Counted from the stretch's first letter, positions 29,371 through 43,386 are shown. The stretch is DNA of 64,000 bases from Tubulanus polymorphus (GCF_964204645.1 NC_134028.1:9858001-9922000), one strand, 5' to 3'. Numbers and translations: made by a program. The notes: generated by a model from the letters alone, not told the origin.

Positions 29371-30165
29371 AACTAGGGGTCCAGGGACACCATGCCCACT
29401 TGGGAAGTGGTTCCAAATGTTCAACAATCTAACAATTTCAATATTCAACGCCCCCTGGTGACCATACACAAAAACCAATGACCTTGAAACTCACCACAAT
29501 CATAGAACACGTTATGAGCTACAAGTTTCATATTGATTGTGGTAACAAAATACGCTTAGGTATCAATATAAAGTGGAAAAACTTTTTCCCACCTACGAAT
29601 GAGTACTGATGACACCAAGATGGCCGCCAATTGCGTCATAATTGGCTGATCAAAAATACCTGTCTCAGGTATAAAACATCCCTTTTCAAAGAATACCCAT
29701 CACAAATTGCAATGAGAAATGGCAAACCAGTAGGGAGCTACAAGACTCAGAATTCGGCCAAAATTGACATTTTTGAGCACTAAAAAAGGTCATAGGACGG
29801 TCATCTTGAGTCAACGGTCAATTTTTGTTATGCTGATGGGCCCTGGGGGGATTCATATACATCCGAAAGATCAAGGTAATTGATCAAAGCGTCTTCAAAA
29901 TTTCCCTCAAAAAGTTCAAAAATGTGTAAAGTGTTGATTTCGGTGAAGAACAATGGCTGCCAGTCGGCCATCTTGATTCTGACAGGGCCAGTTTTTGGGC
30001 TGAAGATGTGTCTAGGGTAGATACATGTGTAACCCAAATATCAAGACAATACATTGAAGCGTCTTCAAAACTTCCCAAAATAACTGGATTCCGTCTACGG
30101 ACGGACGGACGGATGAAAAGTGAACGCAATAGCCCGCTGGGACTAAAGCCCCAAGTGGGCTAAAA
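29371..30165 (+). mobile_element. HINE/Helentron-like element family A, full length with a single internal unit
   Basis: Same termini, microsatellite and hairpin as 22431-23655. Confidence 0.8.
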
Positions 30166-30735
30166 ATTATAAAATTGTGTAGTTATGTAGTAACTATTTG
30201 CAGTGAATTGCAGAGGAAACATGAAGCCATAAGGGTCCTTTACAAAAGATTATACCAACTAGGGGCTAGACACCATGCTACTTGGGAAGTGGTTTGAAAT
30301 GCTCAACAAACAGAAAATATCAATATTCAACGCCCCTGGTAATCATTAAGATAGCAATGACTTTAAAACTCACCACAATCATAGAAAATGTCACTAGCTA
30401 CAATTTTGCAAAATTATCTAGTGCCTGGAAATCCAATTATGTACGTTTATAAACACCTGGACTTAATTTAACTTGAGTTAAGCCCCCTCCTAAATTTTAC
30501 TTGCGACGAACCAAAAACAAAGAATAAACGGGTTTCATTGGTCATTTGCTTTATAAATGTGCATTGTAAACTCGGAATATACCGATTTCGTTTTTTTCAC
30601 ATACACAATCATGTTCTAGATCTTCTCGAATTGGTAAAACAACTGTCCCGACCACCATGGACATCCCCTGGATCTGCCACTGATTTACATGTACATAATA
30701 AATCAGCATATGGATAGCACATAATAATAACTTAC

Positions 30736-30884
30736 TTTATTATTATCTAAGCGTAGATCCCGCAGTGAAATCATGTCTCCAAAATTACTTGGTAAAGCCT
30801 CCAAGTGATTCTTCGATAACTGACAGAATTTCAGTTTTCCGAGTTTACCAAAAGATTCCGGGAGATAATATAGCTGATTTTGTC
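30736..30884 (-). CDS. Leucine-rich-repeat protein, coding exon 2
   Basis: ttttttag|GA ... AAA|gtaagt; GQNQLYYLPESFGKLGKLKFCQLSKNHLEALPSNFGDMISLRDLRLDNNK (two LRRs). Confidence 0.9.
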
Positions 30885-31189
30885 CTAAAAAATTGAGAGA
30901 AAAAATTCAATATGCATAGGCCTATTTATTATTAGCTTTATCCCAGACCAAAAATAACCACTCGTAACCACATCAATTCAGAATAAGCCTAATTTCTCAA
31001 TGTTTCCAAGGTTAAAAGCACACATTTTCAAAGTTACAGTTCAATTAATTTTGATTTAGATTTCTATCCCAGTGTATGATAGAGTTCCTGTGAATATAGG
31101 CTTAATATTGTTCGAGGGACACCGACTTCCATTAGTTGTTGACGTTGATTGGATTAGGTATCTAGTTGTGCTCACAAATAAAATGTATT

Positions 31190-31960
31190 AAAGTCGACCC
31201 CGCATAAGTCGTAGCCTTTGGGACTGACGAGTTTTCTGCGACTTATGCGATGTACGAGTCACATGTAAGTCGTATTTTTACGAGTTATCTATAAGTCGTG
31301 GTTTTATACGAATTCTGCGAATAACCCTTGAAAATGTGATATATACGACACTCAGATTCCAGCATGGTTCGTCATGTTCCCGGTCATATCCTGAGCTGAC
31401 AGTGCAGATCCTATACCGCTGAAATCTGCCCTTAATCAACAAGGAGCCTATCGGCTTATAAAGCCCCTCTGTGTGATTTTAAGAAATAGAAGCTGCATAC
31501 CTAGGGGTGCCCCCTTATGGCCAAATCCAAAAATGGCTCTGTATTTTGTAGGCATTGGTCCATAGAACATTCATACCAAATTTGGACTTGATCTGTTTGA
31601 AACTGAAGGACTAATAGCAATTTGAAGAAATAGAAACTCCATCTCTAGGGGCACCCCCTGGTGGACGAATCCAAAAATGGCTCGGTAACTTTATAGGCCT
31701 GGGTCCATAGAACATTCATACCAAATTTGGAATTGATCTGATTAAAACTGTAGGACTAATAGCGATTTGAAGAAATAGAAACTCCACCCCATGGGTGGCC
31801 CCAGGGGGACGAATAAAAAAAAATGGCTCTATAACTTTAAAGGCCTTGGTCCATAGAACATTCATACTATATTCGGAATTGAAAACATTGGGACCAAAAT
31901 AATTATACAAGAGATGTGATGATACGACTAATTCGATGATGACTTATGCGGGGTTGACTG
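31190..31960. mobile_element. pogo-type MITE (same family as 11820-12383) interrupted by a HINE-like tandem-repeat element (~31438-31890)
   Basis: GTCGACCCCGCATAAGTCG ... GACTTATGCGGGTTGACTG-ta. The insert starts AACAAGGAGCCTATCGGCTTATA, as at 34698, and has ~140-bp repeats. Confidence 0.7.
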
Positions 31961-32348
31961 TATGTGTCAAAAATGACAGCCAAAAAAGTACATGTTTATG
32001 TACATAGTTTCAAGTTGGAGTTGCAGGATAGAATTTGAAAATAAATGATCAAATTCAAGATCATGGCGTTATTGACGTCTTCTCACCAATCTTTCAAAGT
32101 TTTAATGACAAATGAACTTCAAAATGACGTACTATGACCAACAAGAGCAATCCCACCGTATGCCTGATGATGGCTAATAGAATTTAGCCGAAACCTATTT
32201 TTGCCCGTAACCATTAAGAATTTTCTTTTCTTTACTCATCTTACACGGATATTGTGCATCTTCTCCACTCAATACATACTAAAACATCAATTGAAAAGGC
32301 ATGGAACCAAATAACCAGGACTGAGATATCAGGGCACTGGAGTCTTAC

Positions 32349-33402
32349 CTAAATCTAAGTACTCGAGAGTTCCTAAATCACCAAAACTTTCTGGTAAATT
32401 TCGGATTTGATTTTCATCTAATCTCAAATTAACAAGTTTCCTCATAAATCCAATGTTTTCTGGTAACTTCTGTATCCAATTTCCATTTTGAAAATTCCTC
32501 CTCTCTAACTCCGGGATCACGCTTCCCAAATGCAGCGATTCTAGATTTTCTAAATTCCCGAATGAATCTGGCAGTTCTTCGATGAAATTTCCGCCGAGAT
32601 GTAATCTCACAAGTTTTTTACACTTGCCGAGTGAATGCTGAAACGGTTTTCTGACTAGCTGATTGTCTTTAATACATAATTGTTCACAAGCATCCAGCCG
32701 TGAGACCCATTCGGGTAGAGTTACCAACAAATTCTTTCCCAAACTCAAAGTGCAAAGTTTTCCTGCGGATTTAAATTTTAACGGCAAATAGCGAATTTTA
32801 TTCGTGGACAAATCTAATTGTCGAATATTTTCTAGAAAGCCCAGGGACTCAGGCAACTCTGTGATTTCGTTATGACTTAGATTTATAGATTCTAAATCCT
32901 CCAGTTGCGAGAAATTATTCGGTAATGTTTGTATTTTGTTATAACTGAATTCCAAAACGCGCAGTTTTCTTAAAGCGCAGAAATCTTTCGGAAAAAATTT
33001 CAATGAGTTCTCATCGCAATGAAGATATTCTAGACCACTCAAATGGCAAAAATGTTCCGTTAAATCGGTGATCTGATTGCCAACAATATTTAGTGTTTTG
33101 ATTGTTGTCGAGTAACAGAATTCCGGACTTATTTCCACGATTTCATTTTCACACAGTAACAATGTTTCTAAACTCGGGATTCGTCCCAGAACGGCAGGGA
33201 TCGTACTTAACTCATTCCCATTTAGTGATAGTTTCTTGAGATGAAGCAGACACGACAGCTGATCCGGTACGCTAGCGACGCAATTATGGTCTAGGTAAAG
33301 TTCGTGGAGATGACAATACGATTGAAACACATATTCTGGAATAGTTTTCAGGTCCTCAGAATTTAAGCTTAATGTTTCTTGCTTACTCTCAGATTTCATC
33401 AT
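32349..33402 (-). CDS. Intracellular leucine-rich-repeat protein (SHOC2/Scribble-type 23-aa LRRs), first coding exon; 7 exons join to ~678 aa
   Basis: About 14 tandem LxxLxLxxNxLxxLP repeats, no signal peptide, donor TTAG|gtaag at 32349. An upstream acceptor at 33441 implies a non-coding 5' exon. All downstream exons join in frame. Confidence 0.92.
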
Positions 33403-34697
33403 TGTCAGTCATCAAATCAGTTCATTGGGTATCCGAGAGACTGAAAAGACAAACAAGAAATAAATATTTCATTAGAATGATCATGGCCAAAAGTTGATGT
33501 AAGTGTCTTCAAAATTTCCCTTGAAAACTTCAAAAATGTGTTAAGTGCTAATTTCTGCATACAAAAATGGCTACCAGTCGATCGTTTTGATTCGGATCAG
33601 GCCAATTTTTCGGCTGATGATTTGTCTACAGTAGACACATGTATAAGCAGGGTAGTTAGATGTATATATGAATATAAGGACAATCCATTGAAGCGTCTAC
33701 TAGTAACTTCCCAAAATAACTGGACAAGGTTTCTGTGATATTTTGAATTTATTAGCAGTTTAAACTTTTATATGACACTAATTTGTGCGATATTACAGTT
33801 ATATCCTATTATTCAATCCGACTGTGAGATACTATCAATTTGTGAAACGTCATTAGTAATATAAAAATTCTTTTAGATTACTAAAGACGTTTCAACAAAT
33901 TTTATAGTGTCACATAATCGATGTGATAGTTGGATATATCATCACAAGTGTCATATAAAATAAAAGTTTTGATTTTAGATTGAAAAATGAAGTTTGTTAG
34001 CGTTTTGTGATGTCGCCGTGTGTGGAGCCAGCGGCCATTATCTTTTAAACATATCAGAAGCTAAATGTTTTTCTATGATTTATGGCAGAATAAACACTCA
34101 AAACACTAATACACTATCAACAACCCCAGGAACTGTATCCCAAGCCCATCAGCGAGTGCCTGTACCTGGAAGTAAAAATGACCATGATTTCTTAAAACGA
34201 ACAGTGCTTTCCACCAGTATTTCTGAACTGATTTTTACAAGGTTTTTTGGAAAGCTTAGACTCTGATCTTACATCTGCATATCATTATTTCTGATTCAAA
34301 TGATAATCCTGTCCGTGGCGAAAACAAAACGTGACCAAGATCGAGAACGGGTTTTAAGATGGAAGCAAGCTGCCATTAATCATAGTTCCGCACTTAATAC
34401 GAAAATCGTGAATTCAAATCAAAAACATTTGACAACGAAGAACATTACAAGTAAAGACAAAATATCCAACATTTATGTAATTTATCATAGAATATATTTT
34501 TGTGGATTGTTTTTTTTTCTTAAAATGCGTGAAATTGTAATTAGAAAGCATCGTATTTGCATTGAGTGCGGTACTCGTTAAACTGGCGCCACCATGAGGT
34601 GACCGCGGTTATAAAAGGAGCTGTTTTTCAATCTCGGCGGGTTTTTTTAAAACGGAAATAACATTATTCAGAAGTAAGTCGAGAGTCTAATCTTTCA

Positions 34698-35872
34698 AAC
34701 AAGAAGCCTGTCGGCTTATATAGCTCCGCTGTCTTTGTTGTGGCTTGGAGCATAGACTATCACATCAGTGTCTATTTGAAACTAGATGTTCAGGGACATT
34801 ATAGCCACTTGGAGAAGGGCCACAATACCAATAATCATACTAACATACTCTAAACTGACAAACTGTTGGAACTGAAGTCATAAGTGGAACAAACTGTAGT
34901 CCCCAAGTATAGGCACCAAGTGAAATTTATCAAAAATCTATGCAATTGCTTCGATATAGAATGGCTCTATACTTTTGTAGGCACTCCCCAATAGATCATT
35001 CATATGAAGTTTGGTTGAAATCTACTGAAAACTGGAGTAGAAGTAGCAATTTAAGTGAAAATCTAAAAATAGCCCTAATTTGCATAATTTATGCAAAATC
35101 AAAAGTATGGCTCTATACTTTTGTAGGCACTCCCCCATAGATCATTCATACCAAGTTTGATTGAAATCCGCTGAAAATCGATGGAGTAGCGATTTTAGTG
35201 AAAATCTAAAAATAGCCCTAATTTGCATAATTAATGCAAAATCAAAAATATGGCTCTGTACTTTTGTAGGCACTCCCCCATAGATCATTCATACCAAGTT
35301 TGATTGAAATCCGCTGAAAATCGATGGAGGAGTAGCGATTTTAGTGAAAATCTAAAAATAGCCCTAATTTGCATAATTTATGCAAAATCAAAATTATGGC
35401 TCTGTACTTTTGTAGGCACTCCCCCATAGATCATTCATACCAAGTTTGATTGAAATCCGCTGAAAATCGATGGAGGAGTAGCGATTTTAGTGAAAATCTA
35501 AAAATAGCCCTAATTTGCATAATTTATGCAAAATCAAAAATATGGCTCTGTACTTTTGTAGGCACTCCCCCATAGATCATTCATACCAAGTTTGATTGAA
35601 ATCCGCTGAAAATCGATGGAGGAGTAGCGATTTTAGTGAAAATCTAAAAATAGCCCTAATTTGCATAATTTATGCAAAATCAAAATTATGGCTCTGTACT
35701 TTTGTAGGCACTCCCCCATAGATCATTCATACCAAGTTTCATCAAGATCCCATCAGAACTGTAGGACTAGTAGGGATATAAAGAAAAAGTTGACGCCGGA
35801 CACCGAACGGACGGACGACGAACTCCCTAACCCATCAGCTCCGCTGACCTTCGGTCACAGCGGAGCTAAAAA
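34698..35872 (+). mobile_element. HINE/Helentron-like element family B with a 146-bp tandem array
   Basis: SubTIR AGCTCCGCTG ... CAGCGGAGCT, terminal hairpin, (GGAC)n. Near-identical units start at 34962, 35108, 35251, 35397, 35543 and 35689. Confidence 0.8.
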
Positions 35873-35885
35873 GCCCTCATTTGCA

Positions 35886-37321
35886 ACTAGGGGTCCAGGG
35901 ACACCATGCCCACTTGGGAAGTGGTTTCAAATGCTAAACAATCTAACAATTTCAATATTCAATGCCCCCTGGTGTCCATATACAACTAGGGGTCGAGGGA
36001 CACCATGCCCACTTGGGAAGTGGTTTCAGATGCTCAACAATCTAACAATTTCAATATTCAATGCCCAATCCAATTTTTGTAATTTTGTGGTAACAAAATA
36101 TGCCTATTTACCAATACGATATGGAAATACTAAGTTATTCTACTATTCAACCCCCCTGGTGAGCATATGCAAAGCCCAATGACTTTGAAACTCACACTAA
36201 ATAGAGAACATGTCATGAGCTACAACTTTGCAATTGATCATGGATAACAAAATATGCTTAGGTACCAATGTAATAAGGAAATACTAAGTTATTCTACTAT
36301 TCAACCCCCCTGGTGAGCATATGCAAAGCCCAATGACTTTGAAACTCACACTAAATAGAGAACATGTCATGAGCTACAACTTTGCAATTGATCATGGATA
36401 ACAAAATATGCTTAGGTACCAATGTAATAAGGAAATACTAAGTTATTCTACTATTCAACACCCCCAGGTGACCATATAGAATAACTTATGTCCTTAAAAC
36501 TCACCAAAATCATAGACCATGTCATGAGCTACAACTTTGCAATTGATTGTGGTTACAAAATATGCATAGGTACAAATATAATATAGAAATACTAAGTTAT
36601 TGTATTATTCAACGCCCCCTGGTGGCCATATACAAAAACCAATGACCTTGAAACTCACCAAAATCATAGAATACGCTATGAACTACAACTTTCCAATTGA
36701 TTGTGGTAACAAAACATGCTAAGGTATCAATATAATGAGGAAAAACTTTTTCCCACCTACGAATGAGTACTGATGACACCAGGATGGCCGCCAATCGCGT
36801 CATAATAGGCTGATGAAAAATACCGGTCTAAGATATAAAACATCCCTTTCCAAAGAATACCCATCACAAATTGCAATGAGAAATGGCAAAACAGTAGGTA
36901 GCTACGGGCCAAAATTGACATTTTTGGGCACTAAAAAGGTCATAGGACGGCCATCTTGAGTCCGATTGACCCAATTCTTGTTACGCTGATGAACCCTTGG
37001 GGGCTTCAAATATAAACGAAAGATCAAGGTGATTGATCAAAGCGTCTTCAAAATTACCCTGAAAAAGTTCAAAAATGTGTGAAAAGTGCTGATTTTGGCG
37101 AACAACAATGGCTGCCAGTCGGCCATCTTGATTCTGACAGGGCCAGTTTTTGGGCTGAAGATGTGTCTAGGCTAGATACATGTGTAACCCAAATATAAAG
37201 ACATTACATTGGAGCGTCTTCAAAACTTCACAAAATAACTGGATTCCGTCTACGGACGGACGACAGACAAAAAGTGAACGCAAATAGTCTGCTGGGACTA
37301 AAGTCCCAAGTGGGCTAAAAA
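35886..37321 (+). mobile_element. HINE/Helentron-like element family A with a duplicated 5' end
   Basis: Two AACTAGGGGT starts (35886, 35984), ~158-bp internal units, 3' GTCCCAAGTGGGCTAAAA. Confidence 0.8.
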
Positions 37322-38370
37322 TAAAACGAAGTGGATATTTTACCGAATCGGCGCAAAGTGTTTACTTCCTCTACTTTACTGTATATCATTGCTATATATT
37401 ATGAAATTCGAAGTAGCTATCTTTACGATATCGTAAATTTTACGATGGTTTATACTGAATTAAGGATTATGGTCTTGTGGGGAGAGGATTAGTGTCAAGA
37501 GGGTGAGAAGAGGGTCTATTTTCCGCTCTATTTTCTCTAACTCTGTTCTCCACACTTCCTTCGAATTTTCTAAGTCGCGCATCTCTCCGCGCATGCGCCG
37601 AGTAAATCAGCGAATTAGAGACGATATCTGGCAAAATATCGTTCAGAAGTCGGTGACCAGATCCGGCAAAATAACCTCTTCCTTAAGGTTTGTCTGAATA
37701 CCAGTCGTTGTTATGGGTTCCCTACAACGTCTGACGCCAAACTGACATATAGAGGTTAACTCCTGTTTACTGCATTAATGCAACAACTGATTTTAGTGTC
37801 AAATCAAACCCTTGTACTCAAATAAATCAATTAGTTACCTAGTTGACTTTGGAAACGTGCTTTATGATAATATTTTTGATGATTTAAATCGCGTACCGGA
37901 TAATCTATTGATTTGATTTGAATTTATTGCCACAATCGGGATTTCCAATATGGACTAAATTAATAAAATGTGAAAATTCAATATGTCTCTCTAAAATTAC
38001 TCTAAATGTTATTTTTTGTTGATAAAACTCATAAATTTTGGTCAATTTTACCTTAAGAATTTGAAACAAGAATAATATCTGCATTGGCATCAATGTCAGT
38101 CCAAGTTCAAGTCCGAATCCGTAATTTAAACTCCCATCATGCAACACAAAAAGCCGCCATATTTGTTATGTTGCTTCACTTCACCTATTTTTTGAGGGGA
38201 CTAGGCAAAAGTTTTTAGTTACTACGTTCGTCAAAAGCTACTTAGGATTACAAATTTATGCACTAGTTAACTTACATCTGATTACAGAACAGTCAGTTTG
38301 AGTGTTTTAAGGGGTGAAATAAACGCTCAAAGCCTCGTCCCTCAAAATGAGGGAGGAAAATTGACCTGAT

Positions 38371-38792
38371 ATATGAAAGGCTGAATCCAAGAACATGTCT
38401 ATCGCACTTTTGAGCCCAAAATGGTCACTTTTCAATAGTTGACTTTTAGAAACGATGTGTTTTGAGAGTAGCTGCTATGGTAGGAGTTACTATCACAAAG
38501 TCACTGTTAACAGGCGGGTGGTTTTACAGTCACCTATACTGCTAGTGTGCACTATCGAAACCAGATGTTTCAAAATGGTCACTTTTCAATAGTAGACTCT
38601 TCGAAACAGCCACTATAGAAAACCAACCGAATTGAAAGGAATTCAATTTCAGAGGAACTGTTTTGAAATGTATACTACTGGAAAAGTAGCCGATATCGTT
38701 AATTGCTTATAGTTCTCAAGTGGCAACTAAGTAAAAGTAGACGTTTGGGCTCAAAAGTGCGAAAGACATGTTCTTGGATTCAGCCTTTCATA
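38371..38792. mobile_element. MITE with ~50-bp TIRs
   Basis: ATATGAAAGGCTGAATCCAAGAACATGTCT(A/T)TCGCACTTTTGAGCCCAAA and its reverse complement at 38744-38792. Confidence 0.75.
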
Positions 38793-39544
38793 TGTGCACT
38801 TTGGCCCTAGATGTTGTTTGAGGAACAACGGCTAGGTACTAGACTATATATATATATATTTGAAACTGCAATTCAATTCAATGCAGTATTCTCCAAGGGT
38901 CAAATTTATAGCAGGGCGCAGTATGAAATATTATCCTTGTTCTCCATCGACGACACGAGCACCGAAGGTGCGAAGCCATTGCGGGGGGTTTCAGGGTCCT
39001 ACCCCTAGGAAATTTTTTAATATAAAGCCCCCTTAGAGTGTCCGAGACAGTTAACAAAACTGGCATTTGTGAAACGTCACAGATGTTTTTAATGCTGGAT
39101 GCCAAATATCACAATAAATCTATCGACGAAAGATCCGGCGAGTGGCTCAGTTACTATGATGGTTGTCTAATTTTAAAGAGACTGACGACGACCTACGCAT
39201 TAGAGAGAATGAATGCATGAAGAAACTACATGCAATTTTTCAAGAAAATAAAGTGAGACGAATTTGAGTGTAAATTCTATTTTGATGAAATCAAATAGGA
39301 CATATAAGATAAGATATTTTACAAGCAACAGCCCCGTGGCAGCACGGCGTGTAGTGAGAAGAACATGCCTCAACACGTGGCCTAGTTTTAGTTTTCCAGG
39401 AAACCAGGTATTTGAATACATTATCACACTCATGCTGAGGCTGTCATCGCTACATATCACTTTTTTGATGTGTTACCTTTACTGGTTTATCTCAGCTCAA
39501 AGAAAACCCTACAAGATATATATGACACAATATCAATGATGCAG

Positions 39545-40373
39545 TCAACACCAAAGGCAATTCGATACTACGTATCTATGTCCCCCGCGATAGCCAGTAG
39601 GGAATGAATGACCCCTGAAGACACTGATCTTTAGTATAGAAAAATGAAGAGCGTATCCACGGATAACCATACTATGAAATATCATTTTCCTGCTATGAAT
39701 GGTTATTTAAGAATTGAGTTTACAGGGTTTTAGGCATAAGACGTCTACCAACCTTGACCTTTGACCCTAGAACTCCAAAATCACTAGTGCACATCCTCTC
39801 CCCAGGGGTAATCATACTATGAAATAGCATTGTTCTGTTATCAATGGTTCTTCTTGAATCGTGTTTACAAGGTTTCATATGAATGATATCTAGTGACCTT
39901 GACCTTTTCCCCCAAAATCAATAGGGCACATCCTCTCCCTAGGTGTAATCATGCGATGTAATATCATTGTATTGCTATCAACAGTTCTTCTGAATCACAT
40001 TCACGACACAAGGTTTCACATGAATGACCTGAAGTGACCTTGACCTTTGATCCTTGAAGCCCAGAATCAATAGGGCACATCCTCTCCCTAGGGGTAATCA
40101 TACTACGTAATATCATGGTCCTGCTATCAACGGTTCTTCTTGAATGACGTTCACAAGGTTTTACATGAATGACCTGTAGTGACCTTGACCTTTGGTACTT
40201 GGACCCCAAATCAATAGGGCACATACTCTCCCTATGGGTAATCATACTACGTAATATCATAGTCCTGCGATCAACGGTTCTTCTTGAATCGCATTCACAA
40301 GCTCATGCGGACAGACGGACGGAGGTGGATACCAAGTCCCCCGCTCGCGGCCTATGCCGCGGTGGGACAAAAA
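39545..40373 (+). mobile_element. HINE-like element family C with TGACCTTGACC-containing tandem units
   Basis: About four 140-150-bp units, CGGACAGACGGACGG microsatellite, 3' hairpin ending GGGACAAAAA, subTIR GTCCC. Confidence 0.65.
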
Positions 40374-41081
40374 TGTATATAAACTTCATTTGTACATTCA
40401 TATAGGCCTATTGATGATCCACAGGTCACGCCTAACAAACGTAATTGATCAGAGACATGTGCCATATGCAGCGCGCGCTCTCGTAGATAAGTAGGCTCCA
40501 AACACTGAGCTGCAAATCATTCTAGAGACCGCTGTTATCTTAGAAGTTGGATATGTTTCAACTACAAGAACATTTCATGCATCCGATTTCACAACAATAG
40601 TAGGCACAAAGTTATTTAGCTTCCTGTATATTATGCATACGACAACAAAAAATTTAAGCAGGGCGGTAAAAACATTAGGCAGGGCGCTGAGTTTCTAGAA
40701 AGGTGGCATATAATTTTAGCAGGGCGGCCCGCCCTAAAACAGCCCGTGGAGAACACTGCAATGTTATCTTGCACCGCAATAAATCGATAGTTCGGCAGTC
40801 GTGATGAATCCGTGGGAGGCCTCTACCCCCACCCCCTTTCGCGAGTTATTCTAATTGAAGTATACTATCGAAATTTATTTCCGCTATTCTACCATACATT
40901 ATTACTTTATATATAGTATTAACTAATAAAGTAACAATAAAATCATATTTGGTTTAGGTTTCGATAGGGTTAGTGTCGAAAGGGTGAGAAGAGGGTCCAG
41001 AGGGTTCCGTTTTTACCCCTAGGAATAGGATTAGGGTAAGGTGAGGTACTATAGATAGTTAAAACATTCGATTGGTTTTCA

Positions 41082-41150
41082 GCGAGCTCGATGGTCTAGT
41101 GGTATGACGCTGTGCTAGTTATTTACTGGCCCGGGTTCGAGTCTCGCTCT
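41082..41150 (+). repeat. tRNA-derived (SINE-head-like) sequence
   Basis: A box TGGTCTAGTGG and B box GGTTCGAGTC at tRNA spacing, but no credible anticodon arm. It is embedded in a repeat with a second copy at ~37488-37610. Confidence 0.5.
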
Positions 41151-41240
41151 ATCCGCTCTATTTTCTCTAACTCTGTTCTCCACACTTTCCTTGAATTTTC
41201 TAAGACGCGCACCTCTGTGCGCATGCGCGGCGTAAATCAG

Positions 41241-41572
41241 TGATGATGTACGGTACCATAGCGGTATGACTGCAGTTTAGGTGTCCCTAATGGTTATGTA
41301 CCTAACCTTACCATAACACTATTCTTTAATAACACTAGCGCCACCCAGTGGATAGGTGACCCAAACTGCAGTTAGAACGCCGCATTGATAAGCAAAAGAG
41401 TAGAGGTCAGGTCTCAAGTCAGGTTGAAATAGACATTTTAGTTAGTAGAGTAGAGAGACGTTGTATACGTCGCTGTCTGTGAGCCCTGACTTGAGGAGCT
41501 GACAATGACATGGCATGCTGAGCCTGACTGAGGGATAGGTAACGGGTATCTTACGTAATTCAACTACTTTAC
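41241..41572 (-). mobile_element. Probable LTR end (candidate 3' LTR of the BEL/Pao element)
   Basis: Begins with TG exactly where similarity to the 37522-37610 repeat copy breaks (GTAAATCAG|TG). The minus strand has ATTAAA and ends in CA. Confidence 0.35.
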
Positions 41573-43386
41573 CACCTTCCTCCCGGATTTCACCGCCCCA
41601 CTACTATTCTATTATCTCTATTCTATGACTGTACGTTTATTAGATCGGGAACGACCGGTTCCGCTGTTTAACGCTAAAGGTTGAAGATGTAGCGAAACTA
41701 GCGGATTTCGCCGTACATTGGCGCTAAATTTAAAATCACCTTCTCCCGGATTTCACCGCTCTGCTCCTATCTTATAATATATTATCCTGTTTAATGTCTT
41801 TTAACTGTATTTATTCGGCGAGACCGTATTGTATCATTTTATAAATGTCCGTGTTTTGTAATTGGGTCGATGTTTCGCGACCGGTTGTTCCGGGTCCGCG
41901 TTTATTCATTTTAACCCTTCTGGTTGAATTGGATTTGTAATTATTACTTATATCTTCCGAGTGCGGGGTTCGAACCCTTTCAACTCATTTATTACTTTAA
42001 GAACATTTATCGCTCATGTATATTATAATATTACCTTTGTGATGATATTTTAAACTATTCTTGTATCTCTCGTGTCCGCCGTGACCTTTTGCAGCTGGCG
42101 TGCGGTTGCCCGGCTCCGCTCTCATTGTCGCTGGAACTCAGCCAACCTCGAAGTCACGTGGCACGCGTAACCAATCACGCGTGTCCGGGCTTTTGTTCCA
42201 GCCAATGAGAGCGCGGCGGGGACAATCGCGGGCTATAAAGGCGCGCGGAGCGCGAGATTCAACAAACCGTTCACTCGGACTGTCCGTGCAACTTAAAGCT
42301 TGCAAGCGTCGCGGAAAACGTTACGTAATTCTTGTATTGACTGCACATACCAGTAATTATATATAATGTAAGAACCTGCCCGTCCGTGTCCCCGTGTCCA
42401 CATGCGGGCACCCGGACCGCTCTAATTAGTTGTAAATAGTATTTGCCGTTATTGATGTTCAGGGTCGGCGTTGTCCCCGGCGGACGCCGCGTTGTCCCCC
42501 CGGCGGACATGGTTGTTTCCCCTGACGCCGTGTTTGTCCCGGACTCCGCGTTGTCCGGGCGGGAGCCCTTTTGTATATAGTAACCGTGTTCGGAATGACC
42601 GACTGTGTAATTGTAAATAGTGTTTGGAAATTAATTCGAGGCTTGCATCGGATTTCGGGCGTTTATAGCTGCAAATAAATATATATTAGTTAGTAATTCA
42701 AAATTAACATCGGGCCGTTTCTTTGAGTTATCGTGGACTTGATCGGAGTGAGGAAGAGAGTCAGAGGCAAGTAGTCTAACTTGTAGAACACGAGGAATCC
42801 GGTCAGCTGAGGAGAGGCCGGAGTCACGCTACCGACATTTTGTCCGGCAGAGGATTCCAGCTGAATTACTCGCCTCCAAGAGGAGGACGAGCGGACCCGG
42901 ACGTGCAAAAGGTTGAAAGCCTGTTTTGGTCGATGGCTAGTGACGTCATCAAGATCGCCTTTTTGTTACTCCCAAAGCTAAACAACTCACTTTTAACGGT
43001 TAACCGCTGAATTTGAATTTGCTGTCAAGTGTATTCTTGCTGGCTGTTGATTAAAAGATTGTGAATCATGTTTTCCGAACGTGTTAAGCTTGTCTCCGGA
43101 CCAGTTGGTGGTAATATTGGTTTGAAAAAAGAGGTAGATTGCAAGATTATAAAAAACTCACTGGGTAACACTAGTGAACGCCGCGAGCATCGCCATCGTG
43201 CACGGTGGTGCAGGTCGCGACCGCGCGGCGGCAGGGCTTTTTAATTTTGGCTTTTGCCAGTTTTGGAGTCTTGTTATTGCCACCATGGCCACGTTACCAC
43301 CACACTCACATTGTCGCTAAAATATGTCTTTAAATTGAATTTGTGAAAACAATTTTTCAAAACTGGCCATCTAGGTTTTTTAATAC

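Noticed and set aside
37830-38170. 5' non-coding exon and promoter of the LRR gene
   Set aside because: A donor-like AG|GTAACT (~37838) and a YY1-like ATGGCGGC (~38160) exist on minus, but this is too little evidence without transcripts.
41082-41150. Functional tRNA gene
   Set aside because: The anticodon and T stems do not pair properly; kept only as tRNA-derived.
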